64,000 nucleotides of DNA from Bigelowiella natans CCMP2755 (GCA_000320545.1 ADNK01000588.1:1-64000), one strand, 5' to 3'. Shown: positions 10,331 through 21,418, counted from the first letter of the stretch. The notes: generated by a model from the letters alone, not told the origin. Numbers and translations are program-made.

Positions 10331-13300
10331 TCATCGCTTTCGGAACTTCACCAACCACCAGGTAATAGATTCCTCTCTAACCTTATCTCCTTTGTCGCTT
10401 ACCCAGAACTCACCTTCGTCCTTAGGTTCGTGTCCATACCAGCCCTCTGCATCAAGGTCCCCCAGGACCTTATACCAGTGCTCAAAGGGTAAGTCGGGAA
10501 CAGCTAGGTAGAGTAGCTGATATTTTCCGTCCTTTATTTTCATAGCTACCCTCTCCATATTTCGTAATCCAGGGTAGCCTAGATAGACAATCTTCATGCG
10601 CCAATCGTCGTTCACCCTGACCTTATTGTTTCCATATTCCACATCGAACTTAGGTCGGGGTCCTAAACAAGGCATTGCTCGCTCCCACACAGTAGGGTTT
10701 ACTTTAACATCCTCTAGGAGCTTCTCACCGATATCATAATTCTTTAGGTGACTGATGTGGCGCAAGGTGACCCTGTTCCCATCATAGATGTAGTACTGCT
10801 TCCTCCCCTTCCTCTCGGTAACCTTTGCAACGCCACCCCAGAAGGGGTCTTGTTTATTTCTCGATCTCAGATTTACCTTGGCCCTAACATACTGTCCTTC
10901 CTTTAGAACTCGGCCATCGTACGGGACCTTCTCGTCTTCGCTCTCGGTATCGTCGTCGTTGTCGTCGCCTTCTTCCCTCTCCTTATCCTTGATACCTCCC
11001 CCAGACGTGAAGGTGTCGTTTACTAACCCTTGTATCTTGTCTGGTGTGGTGCTATTTATCCTGCTTAGGTTGGCCAAGGTGCGGTGGAGTCGCTCTACCT
11101 TGGAGTTGGACTGGGCATAGTATACAGGTGAGGCATCAATATTAGGGTGTGGTAGCTGTAGAAGAGAGGTCTCATTATCCACATGTAACTTCTTTGGTAT
11201 CTTGTTTATGCTAACTTCATCAGGGATAGCCTGGAGCTCAGACTCCCAGGTACGGTAGCAGTTAGTAAGCCTCTGCTTATATAAGCCTTTGTTCTTCTTA
11301 GCAACGTTGACCTTGATAATCTTTTTAACCCAGCACTTTCCAGTGGCCACATCAACGAAGGTAAGGTAGTGATAGCCATCGTACTTATAAACATCAATTT
11401 GCACGATATCTAAGAAGTTCCTTGCTTTGATTTTCTTAGATGCACGGCTCTTGCTGGACTCCTTGGTGGCGACGCCTGCCGCCTTCAAGCTGGAGCACCT
11501 GCAGCCACGCAGGTATGTCCTTATCTCTTTTAGCTTGTAGGGCCAGTAGTAATGGTAGAGTAGAGCAGTGATATGGTTTTCTCCTACGTGTGCAGGTCCA
11601 TGGGCGGTAAAGAGAAGGGCTCCCCTGGTCCGCCGTGGCACGTAGGTACGCCTAACATTATTAGTGTATACATATATCCTATCACTAAGTACCTCATGCT
11701 TGTGTTTGTATTTATCCAGGTGTTCTTGAAGGTGCTGGAGCTCCTCTGGCTCAGGCAGGAAGTCGCCGTCCTCGAAGGTAATCGCGTTAACCATAGGGGT
11801 GACCTGGGTAGGGACTTTCTTTTCGAACAGCCTGCTGAAATAGTCAGCAAGCTGCTTGTCTCCTGGTGCGTAGACCACTGTCCTCTTGTCCCTAAACTCT
11901 TCCGTGTCCGCCCTCATAGCTGCATACTCATCGTTAGGCGCTTCGAGCTTGCGGTCGATGCCTAGGAGGGGCTTGTGGTCAGTCATTAAGGTGAAGCTGG
12001 GCACCGACAGCAGGTAGTATCTTAGTTTCCTCTGCGCCTCAGTCATGGCTTTATACTCTCCTTTTGTAGGGCTGTACTTGGCCTCAGCTGCTGTGCAGGC
12101 CCTGCCCCACACCCGTATGATCTGCTGGTCTTGGGTAAGTACAGCAGCCATACCTAGCTTAGACCAGTCTGTCCATAGGGTAGCTGGTCTAGTAGTGTCT
12201 AGCTTAGCATTCAATAGGGTGTTGCTGCATAACTTTATTAGGTTATCGAAGTGGGCATCAAGGCCAGCCTTGGCCCACACCTTAGCGAAGCTGAGGCCTA
12301 CAGAGTTCTCCTTCCGGTAAGCAGTAGTAAAAGCAGCTGCAGTCCTAGCGTAGGTAGGGGAGAACCTACGTAGTATCCAAGCTGCAGTCTGCAAGAATGA
12401 CTTTAACTCCTTTGCATTCTTAGGTTTAGGGGCTTGCTGTAGTGCTGCTACTTTCTCGGGGTTTGGGGTGATGCGGCCTTGCTCCAGGTAATATCCACAC
12501 CACTTGATTCTTGTAGCTAGGAATGTACACTTCTGCAGTCTAATAGTAAAACCGAAGTGTGCAAACCTAATAAATATATTTTCCAGGAGGAAGATCTGAG
12601 CGACGACTGTGTTGGTACATATTATGTCATCATCCACATACACAAACACAAACACCCACAACACAGACGCCATCCCATCATGTGTGTATGCCCTGTAGTT
12701 CTGACTACTGAACGCATCCCCTGATATGCTTAGGCCGTAAGGGAATACGACGAAGTGCCACTTCCTGTGCCTGCTGGAGAACGCGGTAATGGGGCGGGAG
12801 GTTTTGTGGATGGGTGTCTGCATGTATGATTCATTTTTATCTAGGGAAGAGTAGTATTTGTATCCTATGACGTGTTCAATAACGTCATCTATCCTTGGTG
12901 TAGGTGTCTGGATCCTCTTTATTACTCGGTTGTGGCGGATGAAGTTGTGCGCCAGGCGGAAGAAAGGGTAAGTAGGTTTCTTAGCTAGCACATGTCTCAC
13001 GTTCCATGGTGAGTTGCTTGGCTCTATCTTCCCTTCCTTTGCCCATTCATTGATCTGCCACTCTATCTTTTCCCAGTCCGCTTCCGGTCGCCTATGTTCT
13101 GGGTCATTGATGATGCACTCTTCGTATCCCTTCTTTAGCTCGATCTTTACTGGGGTAAGCTTGCTGGAGGGCTTCGTCGTCGGCTTGGTGATGTCAGAGT
13201 ACTTCTCGTTTAATATTTTATTAATGTACTTTTTGCCTTTGTCGATATCCCAATCATCAGCTGGGGGGGTCTTGTCCAGTAGCTCCGTTATCTGTCGGAT

Positions 13301-15304
13301 GGTCTTGCCGGGGTTCTTCTTCCGTAGCTCGGTAGGTGTAGGTAGCTTGTTGTCCGCTAGGTCCATAAACTCTAACGCATTAACGCTTGACTCAGAGGTC
13401 CACTCGTCAAGCCGTATCATGTTCTGGCTGATGGTCCTGCCTGACTTCTTTGGCAACTTAGCAAAGTATATCTTGTGATTGTAGAATGATATGATCCCCC
13501 CTAATTTTTCTAGGGCATCCTGTCCGAGGAGTAGTTCCATGGATAAAGTCATGGCTACTCGGGTCTTGATTTGGGTCTCCGCGTCGCTGCCAGGTATCTG
13601 TAGCTTTAGCATTAGCTCACCGACGGTCTTCATGGAAGAGCTTCCGTCTGCTTGAGCATATTTACGTTCTTTCTTAGTCACTTGATCCAATAGTCCTAAC
13701 CTTCTTACTGTGCTTAGGCTTATGAAGGACTTCGGCATGCTGCCACTATCCCAAAGGGCAGGTAGTTTCTTGTAGTCTCCGTAGCTGTCTTTAACTTTAA
13801 CCTTGGTCATAGCAACTTTGATAGTCCTGTTAGCGTCTTCGTCATTAATGTTGCATACTCCTAAGTTCTTTATGTCGTCTAGGGTCATGGGCTTGTCTTG
13901 GTCCTGCGTTGCTGGTACTGCTGTCTTCGTCGGCGCCTGCTTAAGGTGATCTAATATTCCGTTTATCTGCTGCTGTATAGCATTGATACTGTTCTGCTTT
14001 TTGTTCTTATATTTATTGTTCTTCCCGTTGTTGCTGCCTTGCCATTTGCTGTTGTTATATCCTTGTCCTCTGCCTTTCTTTCTCTTTAACTTCTCGTAGT
14101 GTTCGTTGAGCTGCCTGATCGTCATCCTGGGTCGTCCTTCTTTCCTGTCTCTGCAGTCTTTAGCGGTGTGTTTCCCTTTACGTGAGCAGTATCCGCAACG
14201 TCGGTTACCTTCCCTGTCCTTGTACCAGTCTCGCTGCGGCTTAATAGCGTTAATGTTTCCTATGCCAGGTACCTTAGGGCTGGTAAACTTGCGGTCCTGC
14301 TCCTGCTCGCGTAGGGATATAGCCTGCACTGCTGCCTCCATCGTGGTGTAGCCTTTCTCCGTAACGTAAGTGGATTCCTTTATCTTTAACTTGAACTCTT
14401 CAAACCTTGCCTGATCATCACCTGTGTTGTAATTAAAATCATGTAGTTCGTCGATCATATCCTGGAAGCGCGTGGCAAAGTCTCTAACAGGTTCTCTCTC
14501 ATGCTGCATCATTGCTCTGTATTTTCTAATAGCCTGGGGTAGGGAGTTAGCATCCTGTTCATTTACAAAAGCCTTCATTATCGCCTCAACGTCTCGTAGC
14601 CCACTAACTGTAGTGTGTATTTTCTCTAGCTGCCTGATCCGGGTCCTGCCTGTCTCGTAAAGGTCCATGGCTTGCTTTATTATAGCTAGCCATTTGAGCT
14701 TGTCGTTTTCGGTGGGGTTAGGGGTAAAGTCGCAGAGTATACTCCTAGCGTTCTTCCACCACCTCCTTGCCTCACCTCTTTTCCCGTTGTATTTCGTTAT
14801 CATAACCGGTGCTGTTTTAACAGACATGAACTGGGTGTTCCGCTGTACCGGCTGCTGCTGCTTGACGGTGCTCTGGGTCGTCCCCCGCGAGGCGCCCAGA
14901 CCCCCGTCGTTCCTAAACAAAGCTGCCCACTCTGGAGGTAAGTCTGCTTCGTAATCCATGATGTCCTGCATGATAGCTGCCCAAACATCATGTGTCTGAT
15001 ACTTGTATTCTATCGATACTTTCAGTTTGGCGTAGTTGCTCGCCCTGGGTCGCAAGGCTCGTAATGCCATTACGACCTTCTTGCTTTCGGCGGCCACGTC
15101 CTCGTCGTCCGCCTCGTAGAAGTTCTCCAGTGCCTCTGCTGCTGCATCTGCTTTCTTAATCCCGGGTGCTGGTCCCGGCGGTGCCTGTGGAGGTGTTCCT
15201 CCTCCTTCCTTAGCGTCCGTATCGCCCTTCCTTTCCTGTTTCTGCTCGTGCCCTTGCACGGCCTGCGAGCCAAAGTCCTGCTGTTCTTCTAGCTGCTGTG
15301 ACAT
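10331..15304 (-). CDS. Gag-Pol polyprotein (1657 aa): Gag with zinc knuckle, aspartic protease, RT, RNase H, integrase, GPY/F-like region, C-terminal Dam-like domain
   Basis: CGYCSRKGKHTAKDC knuckle, LWDSGS protease, PYGL and YVDD in RT, WTDWS and TDHKPL in RNase H, H..AH...CRC, QID / VDNE / SNSKVER in integrase. Confidence 0.95.
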   Translation of the reverse strand: MSQQLEEQQDFGSQAVQGHEQKQERKGDTDAKEGGGTPPQAPPGPAPGIKKADAAAEALENFYEADDEDVAAESKKVVMALRALRPRASNYAKLKVSIEYKYQTHDVWAAIMQDIMDYEADLPPEWAALFRNDGGLGASRGTTQSTVKQQQPVQRNTQFMSVKTAPVMITKYNGKRGEARRWWKNARSILCDFTPNPTENDKLKWLAIIKQAMDLYETGRTRIRQLEKIHTTVSGLRDVEAIMKAFVNEQDANSLPQAIRKYRAMMQHEREPVRDFATRFQDMIDELHDFNYNTGDDQARFEEFKLKIKESTYVTEKGYTTMEAAVQAISLREQEQDRKFTSPKVPGIGNINAIKPQRDWYKDREGNRRCGYCSRKGKHTAKDCRDRKEGRPRMTIRQLNEHYEKLKRKKGRGQGYNNSKWQGSNNGKNNKYKNKKQNSINAIQQQINGILDHLKQAPTKTAVPATQDQDKPMTLDDIKNLGVCNINDEDANRTIKVAMTKVKVKDSYGDYKKLPALWDSGSMPKSFISLSTVRRLGLLDQVTKKERKYAQADGSSSMKTVGELMLKLQIPGSDAETQIKTRVAMTLSMELLLGQDALEKLGGIISFYNHKIYFAKLPKKSGRTISQNMIRLDEWTSESSVNALEFMDLADNKLPTPTELRKKNPGKTIRQITELLDKTPPADDWDIDKGKKYINKILNEKYSDITKPTTKPSSKLTPVKIELKKGYEECIINDPEHRRPEADWEKIEWQINEWAKEGKIEPSNSPWNVRHVLAKKPTYPFFRLAHNFIRHNRVIKRIQTPTPRIDDVIEHVIGYKYYSSLDKNESYMQTPIHKTSRPITAFSSRHRKWHFVVFPYGLSISGDAFSSQNYRAYTHDGMASVLWVFVFVYVDDDIICTNTVVAQIFLLENIFIRFAHFGFTIRLQKCTFLATRIKWCGYYLEQGRITPNPEKVAALQQAPKPKNAKELKSFLQTAAWILRRFSPTYARTAAAFTTAYRKENSVGLSFAKVWAKAGLDAHFDNLIKLCSNTLLNAKLDTTRPATLWTDWSKLGMAAVLTQDQQIIRVWGRACTAAEAKYSPTKGEYKAMTEAQRKLRYYLLSVPSFTLMTDHKPLLGIDRKLEAPNDEYAAMRADTEEFRDKRTVVYAPGDKQLADYFSRLFEKKVPTQVTPMVNAITFEDGDFLPEPEELQHLQEHLDKYKHKHEVLSDRIYVYTNNVRRTYVPRRTRGALLFTAHGPAHVGENHITALLYHYYWPYKLKEIRTYLRGCRCSSLKAAGVATKESSKSRASKKIKARNFLDIVQIDVYKYDGYHYLTFVDVATGKCWVKKIIKVNVAKKNKGLYKQRLTNCYRTWESELQAIPDEVSINKIPKKLHVDNETSLLQLPHPNIDASPVYYAQSNSKVERLHRTLANLSRINSTTPDKIQGLVNDTFTSGGGIKDKEREEGDDNDDDTESEDEKVPYDGRVLKEGQYVRAKVNLRSRNKQDPFWGGVAKVTERKGRKQYYIYDGNRVTLRHISHLKNYDIGEKLLEDVKVNPTVWERAMPCLGPRPKFDVEYGNNKVRVNDDWRMKIVYLGYPGLRNMERVAMKIKDGKYQLLYLAVPDLPFEHWYKVLGDLDAEGWYGHEPKDEGEFWVSDKGDKVREESITWWLVKFRKR

Positions 15305-15320
15305 TGTTAGTCAAATCGTT

Positions 15321-15338
15321 TCCCGTGTGTGGAAGCCA
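15321..15338 (-). other. Probable tRNA primer-binding site
   Basis: Minus strand TGGCTTCCACACACGGGA starts 5 nt after the 5' LTR. Its complement ends in ...GCCA like a tRNA 3' end. The tRNA is not identified. Confidence 0.65.
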
Positions 15339-15343
15339 AAGGT

Positions 15344-15669
15344 TGTTGCGCGTAAGGTGTTCACAGGCCGAGGCGCTACGTGCACAAGTAGGCAGGGGGG
15401 GGGAAAGGCACGTTTGCTTCCTTTTGAAGAGTTGTGTTTATTTTTATTAAAGATTATATTTTTATTAAATCGTGCACTGCGTAATCATTCGCGAAGCTTT
15501 CGCGAATGCCGCCGCACGTGGGGCAGCACACTTCCGGTGTGCTGCCATGAGTCCCGCCGGAACCCACGTGCCTATGCTGTATTAATATCTACGTTATCTA
15601 TATTCTATATCCGCGACAACCCCTTTGTTGTCGCACGTGACTTGTGCCCGCGTAGTGGTACGCGCTACA
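15344..15669 (-). repeat. 5' LTR
   Basis: Direct repeat of 9954-10279. Confidence 0.95.
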
Positions 15670-15673
15670 ACGT

Positions 15674-16380
15674 GACCTGCCAACTGAGAGCACACACAAC
15701 ACGAATGGTGCATCACAAGTGTGATGATTGATCTCGCAGCGACCACGTGTGTGCATGTGTGCATGTGTGCACGTGTGATTCATTCAGCACCACTTTGTTG
15801 CACAACTTCTTGGCGGGCACTCGCTAGCTCGCATCGCACCCGGCACGCTGCATGCCCAGGACGCAAGAAGTGACAAAAAGCAGGATCGCAGATCGAGGCA
15901 CGATGATTTTTGCCGGCACATGATGCAACGTGGTGCGTGCGATGAAATGTGATGTGATGTGTGATGCGACACGATGCGATGTCTGCGCTTGAGTGCACGC
16001 ATGTGCATGCGTGATCATTGTGTGAAGCGATACCGCTAGACCGCCTAGCTAGCTAGTGAGGTGTGATCGCGAACAAACCAGCACACCTCTTGCTAGCTTG
16101 GCTTGCCGGCCTCTCTGCCCCTGCATGCTGCTCGTCTGAATTTTGGACTTCGATGCTGATGCTCACGTGGAAATCATGCCAGGCACGCGCCTGCACAAGT
16201 CTCGAAGGAATGAACGAATGAAGCATTTTCTGAGGCCGATTCATTGCGATGGACATTTCAACAACACTTGAATTTGTGAATGGTTGTTGAAGTGATTCCA
16301 ATTGTGCTGCTAGCAAGCTGGCTCAAATGACCAAAAAGTTTGCCACAACGCAGGTGAAATCACCACTCAAAGTTTGAAAG
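15674..16380. other. TpA-depleted intergenic island; continues left of the element at ~9720-9953
   Basis: Manual count of 8 TpA in ~710 bp, 7 of them in CTAG. TG and CA are abundant. Confidence 0.8.
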
Positions 16381-17061
16381 TGGGTGTCGCTAAAAAAGGA
16401 CAGCTCTTCCACGAACTTTGGATTTGTGATTGTTCTGATGCAAGGTTTAAAAGAAAAGACAGCTACGCAAGAGGGCTCTTCCTAGGCGGAAATTTCCATC
16501 TGCGCAATTCATCTCACCATAGCAATCGACAATTTGACCACAGTGTTCTGGAAGTGAGACTCGCCCTTTTTCTGATGCGACTTCGGCGAACCGTTTACTC
16601 ACGCAGATCTCACAGGCGCTCATGCAAACCATTGCCAAAGAGAGCGATGGCTTTTCATCAGAATGCTAGCTCATTTGATAAAAAATTTGCTCGCAGAGCA
16701 AAGCTTCAACGACAGCGACAGCTGTAAGCCCGGGATTACTTAAATCACTGGGAATTGTGCAAAAAGACCTGCGAAAATGGCGTAATTTCCGTTCTCACTG
16801 GAGCCATTTCTCTTCCCGTGCATCCGTGCGTTCGATGCGTCCAACGCGTCCAACCGACCACATCCGGGCACAGGAACGAAAAGAAGTCACTCATTAAAGC
16901 ATAAACAAAGGTTGCGAAAAGATGTGGAGGAGACTAATTTTATTACGGCAAGAAACCGTTTGTGACGCGATCGCATCCTTTCGCGTAGTAGGTATTAATT
17001 TTGGTTTTATCACAACACAAAGCCGCTTGACAAAGCTCCCGGAGGTGGCCTCTATTTCACC

Positions 17062-19434
17062 ATGGGGGCCTGCTCTTCAAACGTTCTCTTAATGCTAAAT
17101 AATCTTGGCTTAAATGAATACGACATACAACTTAGTTAGTTGCTGTCATGGTTGTTTGAAAGGAGGAGGTCTTAGTTGATCGGAACATTGAGAAGCACAT
17201 GAAGGTGCATCCAGTCAAAAAATATCAATGTGTCGAATTACGTTCTAATTGAGTTCTTTACAAAACAGAGGGACGCCGAGAGTCAAAGAAATGTACCGAT
17301 ATGTTGGAGGATGATGTTCAATGTGTACTAATTGATGTTGCTCATTAGTTGCATAGACTTCTCTTGCTTGGAGCAGGAGAAAGCGGAAAGTCGACGATTT
17401 ATAAGCAGGTAGTATCTTATCTATACCAAGGAAAAACTTGAGGGCCTTGCTTTTTGAAAGAGTGTAGACGTTTATGGTAAAGGCTATTCTACGCATGCAA
17501 GGTGTAGCAAAACAATTATTAAATGACAAATATGCAACTGAACGTTACCTTCTCATCAGGATGCAGTATTCTTCAATAATACATGCCAATGTAATAAGAT
17601 CGATGAGAACTTTAATACTCGAAAGGTAGTCTCGTAGCCGATTATTTGAGTGTTATAATTGTGCACATATATTTTGCAATTTTGTGTTTCTCTACGTTCT
17701 CAAGTGAAAAGAGGACAAATCTCAGCGATTTTAAAGTAAAAGAGTTATTCGTCCTTCTTTCATTTTTTATAACAATCTCAGTGGCTTGCTATTCCAGGAA
17801 ACAATTTGCGATGCTAAAGAGTTTTCTATCTCACCCGACTTACAAGAAGCGACGAACGCGGTTGAGAAGATTTTCAATGAACTTTCGAACAAAGTTGAGT
17901 ACCACCCTTCAATTTTAGGTATTGAACGCGAGAAGAGATCAAAACGCGGTAAATGCTTCATGATTCTCGCTTTCATGATTCAAATAAATCGTATTTCATC
18001 TTGTATGTTACTTAGATGTACGTGCTAACCCCAGAGTTAGCTTCAGACGTGGAATGTCTGTGGCAGGTAACTCGTGAAACTCTCGAAATGCTTTCCAACC
18101 AAAAAATGGCTCAAGTTTCAATACATTTCGACGTTTAATGCAGGATAAAGGAGTTAGGAGGACCTACGAAGAACGGTCAACATTGTATTAGAAACTGAAT
18201 CTTTGTATTCACATTTTAAGTGTTTGTGAACAGAGCAAAGTTTCAACTATTTGACTCCGCTGATTACTTTTTCGATCGTGTACATCAAATTTAAATTAAA
18301 AAACAGGACTACAATCATTATTGAGTGCGTTTAATCTAAAGGTGAAAGAGCTTGCTATGGAGGCATACGTACCATCCTTCGAGCACATGTTAAGGTGGTG
18401 GTTATATTGAAATTTACTATTTATATTGAGTATAAAATAAATACTAGATGTCGAGTCCAGACTACGGGGATCCATGAACACGAATTTTCAATTGATAATG
18501 TATTCTTATAATCTATTCTTGAATCATTTGTCCGGCATCTAGCACCATTTTCGATAATGAAGAAATCGAAAAATTGAAAATCATAGAACATCTTTCGGAT
18601 CGTTGACGTTGGTGGCCAAAGAAGTGAACGAAAGAAATGGATACGGTACTCTTCAAAAAATTATTTAAGTGGTTTTGTTATTAAATCATGAAATTCAGAT
18701 GCTTTGAAGGCGTCACGTGCGTAGTATTTGTGGCGGCAATTAGTACATACGATCAGGTCTTCATGTGTCAAATTGATTCTATGCCAAATGTGAAATTTGT
18801 ACTGTTTTGCCGACAGGTCTTATTTGAGGACAGCGAAACAAATCGATTACACGAGGTCATTATGCGACCAATGAAAATTTTTAATTTGATTGTAAGTTAA
18901 CATACAATAAAATTTCAGGCATTAAATCTTTTTGAAGAAGTATCTAACGCAGAAGTATGCATCTGCGAGTAATTTGCAGAGACCCCCTTGATGTAATTTG
19001 TGTTATTATGTGTCCAATTAGTGGTTCACGAAGACATCTATGATTCTATTTCTGAATAAGGTTTGCATAAATACTTCCTTTCTATTATATTTCATAACAT
19101 GAAGCAATTTGTCAGTCGGATCTCTACGCTAAGAAGATAAAAAAAGTACCCATTACGGTTTGCCCAGGTAGATCATCCATGCATTGAGAAATTTGGCTAA
19201 TCGTGTGGCTTCTTAAAAGCATTAAGAGACTATAACGGGCCTGAGTCGGATGCCAACTTATCCCTGAAGTACATGGCAGCGGTAAGATCTCCATGCAAGG
19301 CACATCAAAACTTCAACAAGATGCTCCCATAATTAGGCATTCTTGGACTGTAACAGAACTGGTAAACCCGTATACGTGCACGTGACTTGTGCCACAAATA
19401 GGTAGCCAACACAAAGTGATTAAGTGTCATTGTT

Positions 19435-19475
<41 letters not shown>

Positions 19476-19706
19476 TCATGCATCCAGGGAGAATTTTGAA
19501 CGAGTCTTTTTGGCAGTTAAAGATACGGTAATGTCACGCACATCCTATGCCATTACAACATGCATTCTCTCCATAATTGTACTGTGTACTGCATGCAATC
19601 ATAATTGGACTCCAGCTGTCCTTGTCAGATGCTTTTTGTTTGCCATGGTTCATAGGTTTTAAGGGAAAATTTGAGACGTGCCGGATTGCTAGTACAACAC
19701 AATTAG
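17062..19706 (+). CDS. Heterotrimeric G protein alpha subunit, split into many tiny exons
   Basis: MGAC N-terminus (myristoylation/palmitoylation type), LLLLGAGESGKSTIYKQ, CRVQTTGI, DVGGQRSERKKWI, CFEGVT, ILFLNK.D, VTCATN, ending LRRAGLLVQHN*. Confidence 0.93.
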
Positions 19707-19822
19707 TCAATATCGACACTCCTCCTTCGCAAAAGATTTTTCGTTTTTGACTTTGCATTCGTCGTTGCCGTAATGTAGACATTAATAGCGGTTATCGACA
19801 TGTCTAGATGTCAGAGTGCATC

Positions 19823-19922
19823 GCATCAAAGTTCCTAAATGTAACTAATTGTATTAAATTAATTAACTTGTATTAGCATCAAAGTTCCTAAATGTAACTA
19901 ATTTCATTAAATTAATTAACTT
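19823..19922. repeat. 53-bp AT-rich tandem duplication (2 copies)
   Basis: GCATCAAAGTTCCTAAATGTAACTAATT..ATTAAATTAATTAACTT starts at 19823 and again at 19876. Confidence 0.9.
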
Positions 19923-20500
19923 ATTATTTCCTAGTACACGCTGTTGTTTTTCCTTTTGCCTTCTTCATTGAGCACTGCTACTTTGTTGTGCACTTCTTGC
20001 GTGCACAATGACATCTGTCATGTTGGTTGAAGGTTTGTATCGTTGATGATGGACACCACAATGGACAGCGCATGCATTGCATACGTGACATGTCCAAATT
20101 GAGGCTCAAGGTGCAAATGCAAGCAGTTGTAAATGGACCTGCGCAATGGCGCACTCTGTGCAGCCATTTTCCGTCCCAGTGTGAATCCAATTGGCGCAGC
20201 TCACCAATGTAATGATTGTAATTTGTAAATTTTCACAACATGATGCACACGCGCCTATCTCAGCATGCAATCTAGCAATGCAGCATCGCATGCTTGGCAA
20301 GGTGCGCAACTTTCAACAAACACTATCTACTTCGATATCCTCGGCCTCGGGTTTTCTTCCACGGCTTCATCTTACCGGTGTTAAGATGTTTCGGCCTCAT
20401 GTCTGCTATGTGCTTGTCAGCCTGGTCATTTATCACATCAAACATCAGATGAGCAAATGAATGCCATGTGACATCATGTATGCATGTATATCCAGATGAA

Positions 20501-20534
<34 letters not shown>

Positions 20535-20542
20535 TTTAAGAG

Positions 20543-20589
<47 letters not shown>

Positions 20590-20622
20590 GAGAGAGACAC
20601 CGACTGGTTCAAAATAAGAAAA

Positions 20623-21370
20623 TTATGATTTCCTATTACCACTCCTCGTTGCCCACGCGACAGAATTGCAGCTTGTCTCTTTCTGAAAAGCTTCCTCTCC
20701 TTCAACTTCAGCTTGAAGTCCTTCTCGGATGTTGCCTTTAGTTCCTTCATCAGCTAAGATATCAACAGTAATAACTTTAATATGGATGCATATGGCGTCC
20801 GTCCGCATATCGACACATTTACTAGCACTTCCCACGAACAAATGCGAGCAGCAGCAGCTGCTGCTGCTGACTGGGAAGAGACAAAAAAGCAATCAGCTAA
20901 ACTGCTACACAATCGTACCTTCTTCTTCTTTATCTCCTTCAGATCGATATTTAGCGTGTCCTTGAGCAGTCCTCTGACGGTTGGAAAATACAGCTTATGT
21001 CTTGCATATCACATGTGAAAGATTCAACGGCACTGAGTACATGCGATTACTATCCCCCCAGGCAATGGAAGACACAACCGTATCCTCCCGTTTCATGAAG
21101 ATTTCAAACCTCAGAGCTCGGCATTATCGTGCCAGCCCCGTTCGAATGCGAGTGGTGGTGGCGATGATGATTGATAATGCTTCATATTGCATGCTGCTAA
21201 TGACAAGCCGTGGTGGTGACGACTTCCAACATCGCTAGATGCAATTACCGCTGGATAACGTCTTCCCGCCGTATCTTCTTCCACGCAATTGTTGCCTGAA
21301 ACGTGACGAAGATGCGAAGGACGGCGACAATATGTATGTCCGCATTATACTCTAAACTTTTACACAGTAT

Positions 21371-21418
<48 letters not shown>

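Larger units (their letters stand above)
9954..15669 (-). mobile_element. Full-length Ty3/Gypsy-type LTR retrotransposon (5716 bp), apparently very recent
   Basis: Two 326-bp LTRs, identical by eye, with TG...CA termini. 4-bp target duplication ACGT at 9950-9953 and 15670-15673. Single uninterrupted gag-pol ORF in PR-RT-RH-IN order. Confidence 0.97.

Noticed and set aside
10878-15273. Many short ORFs overlapping the retrotransposon
   Set aside because: They are shadows of the gag-pol ORF. There is no sign of an env or accessory gene.
10331-15304. Apparent CTA/TAG preference in the element as an adaptation to the TpA-erasing process
   Set aside because: The CTAG count looks near random expectation by eye. 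A proper codon and 4-mer analysis is needed.
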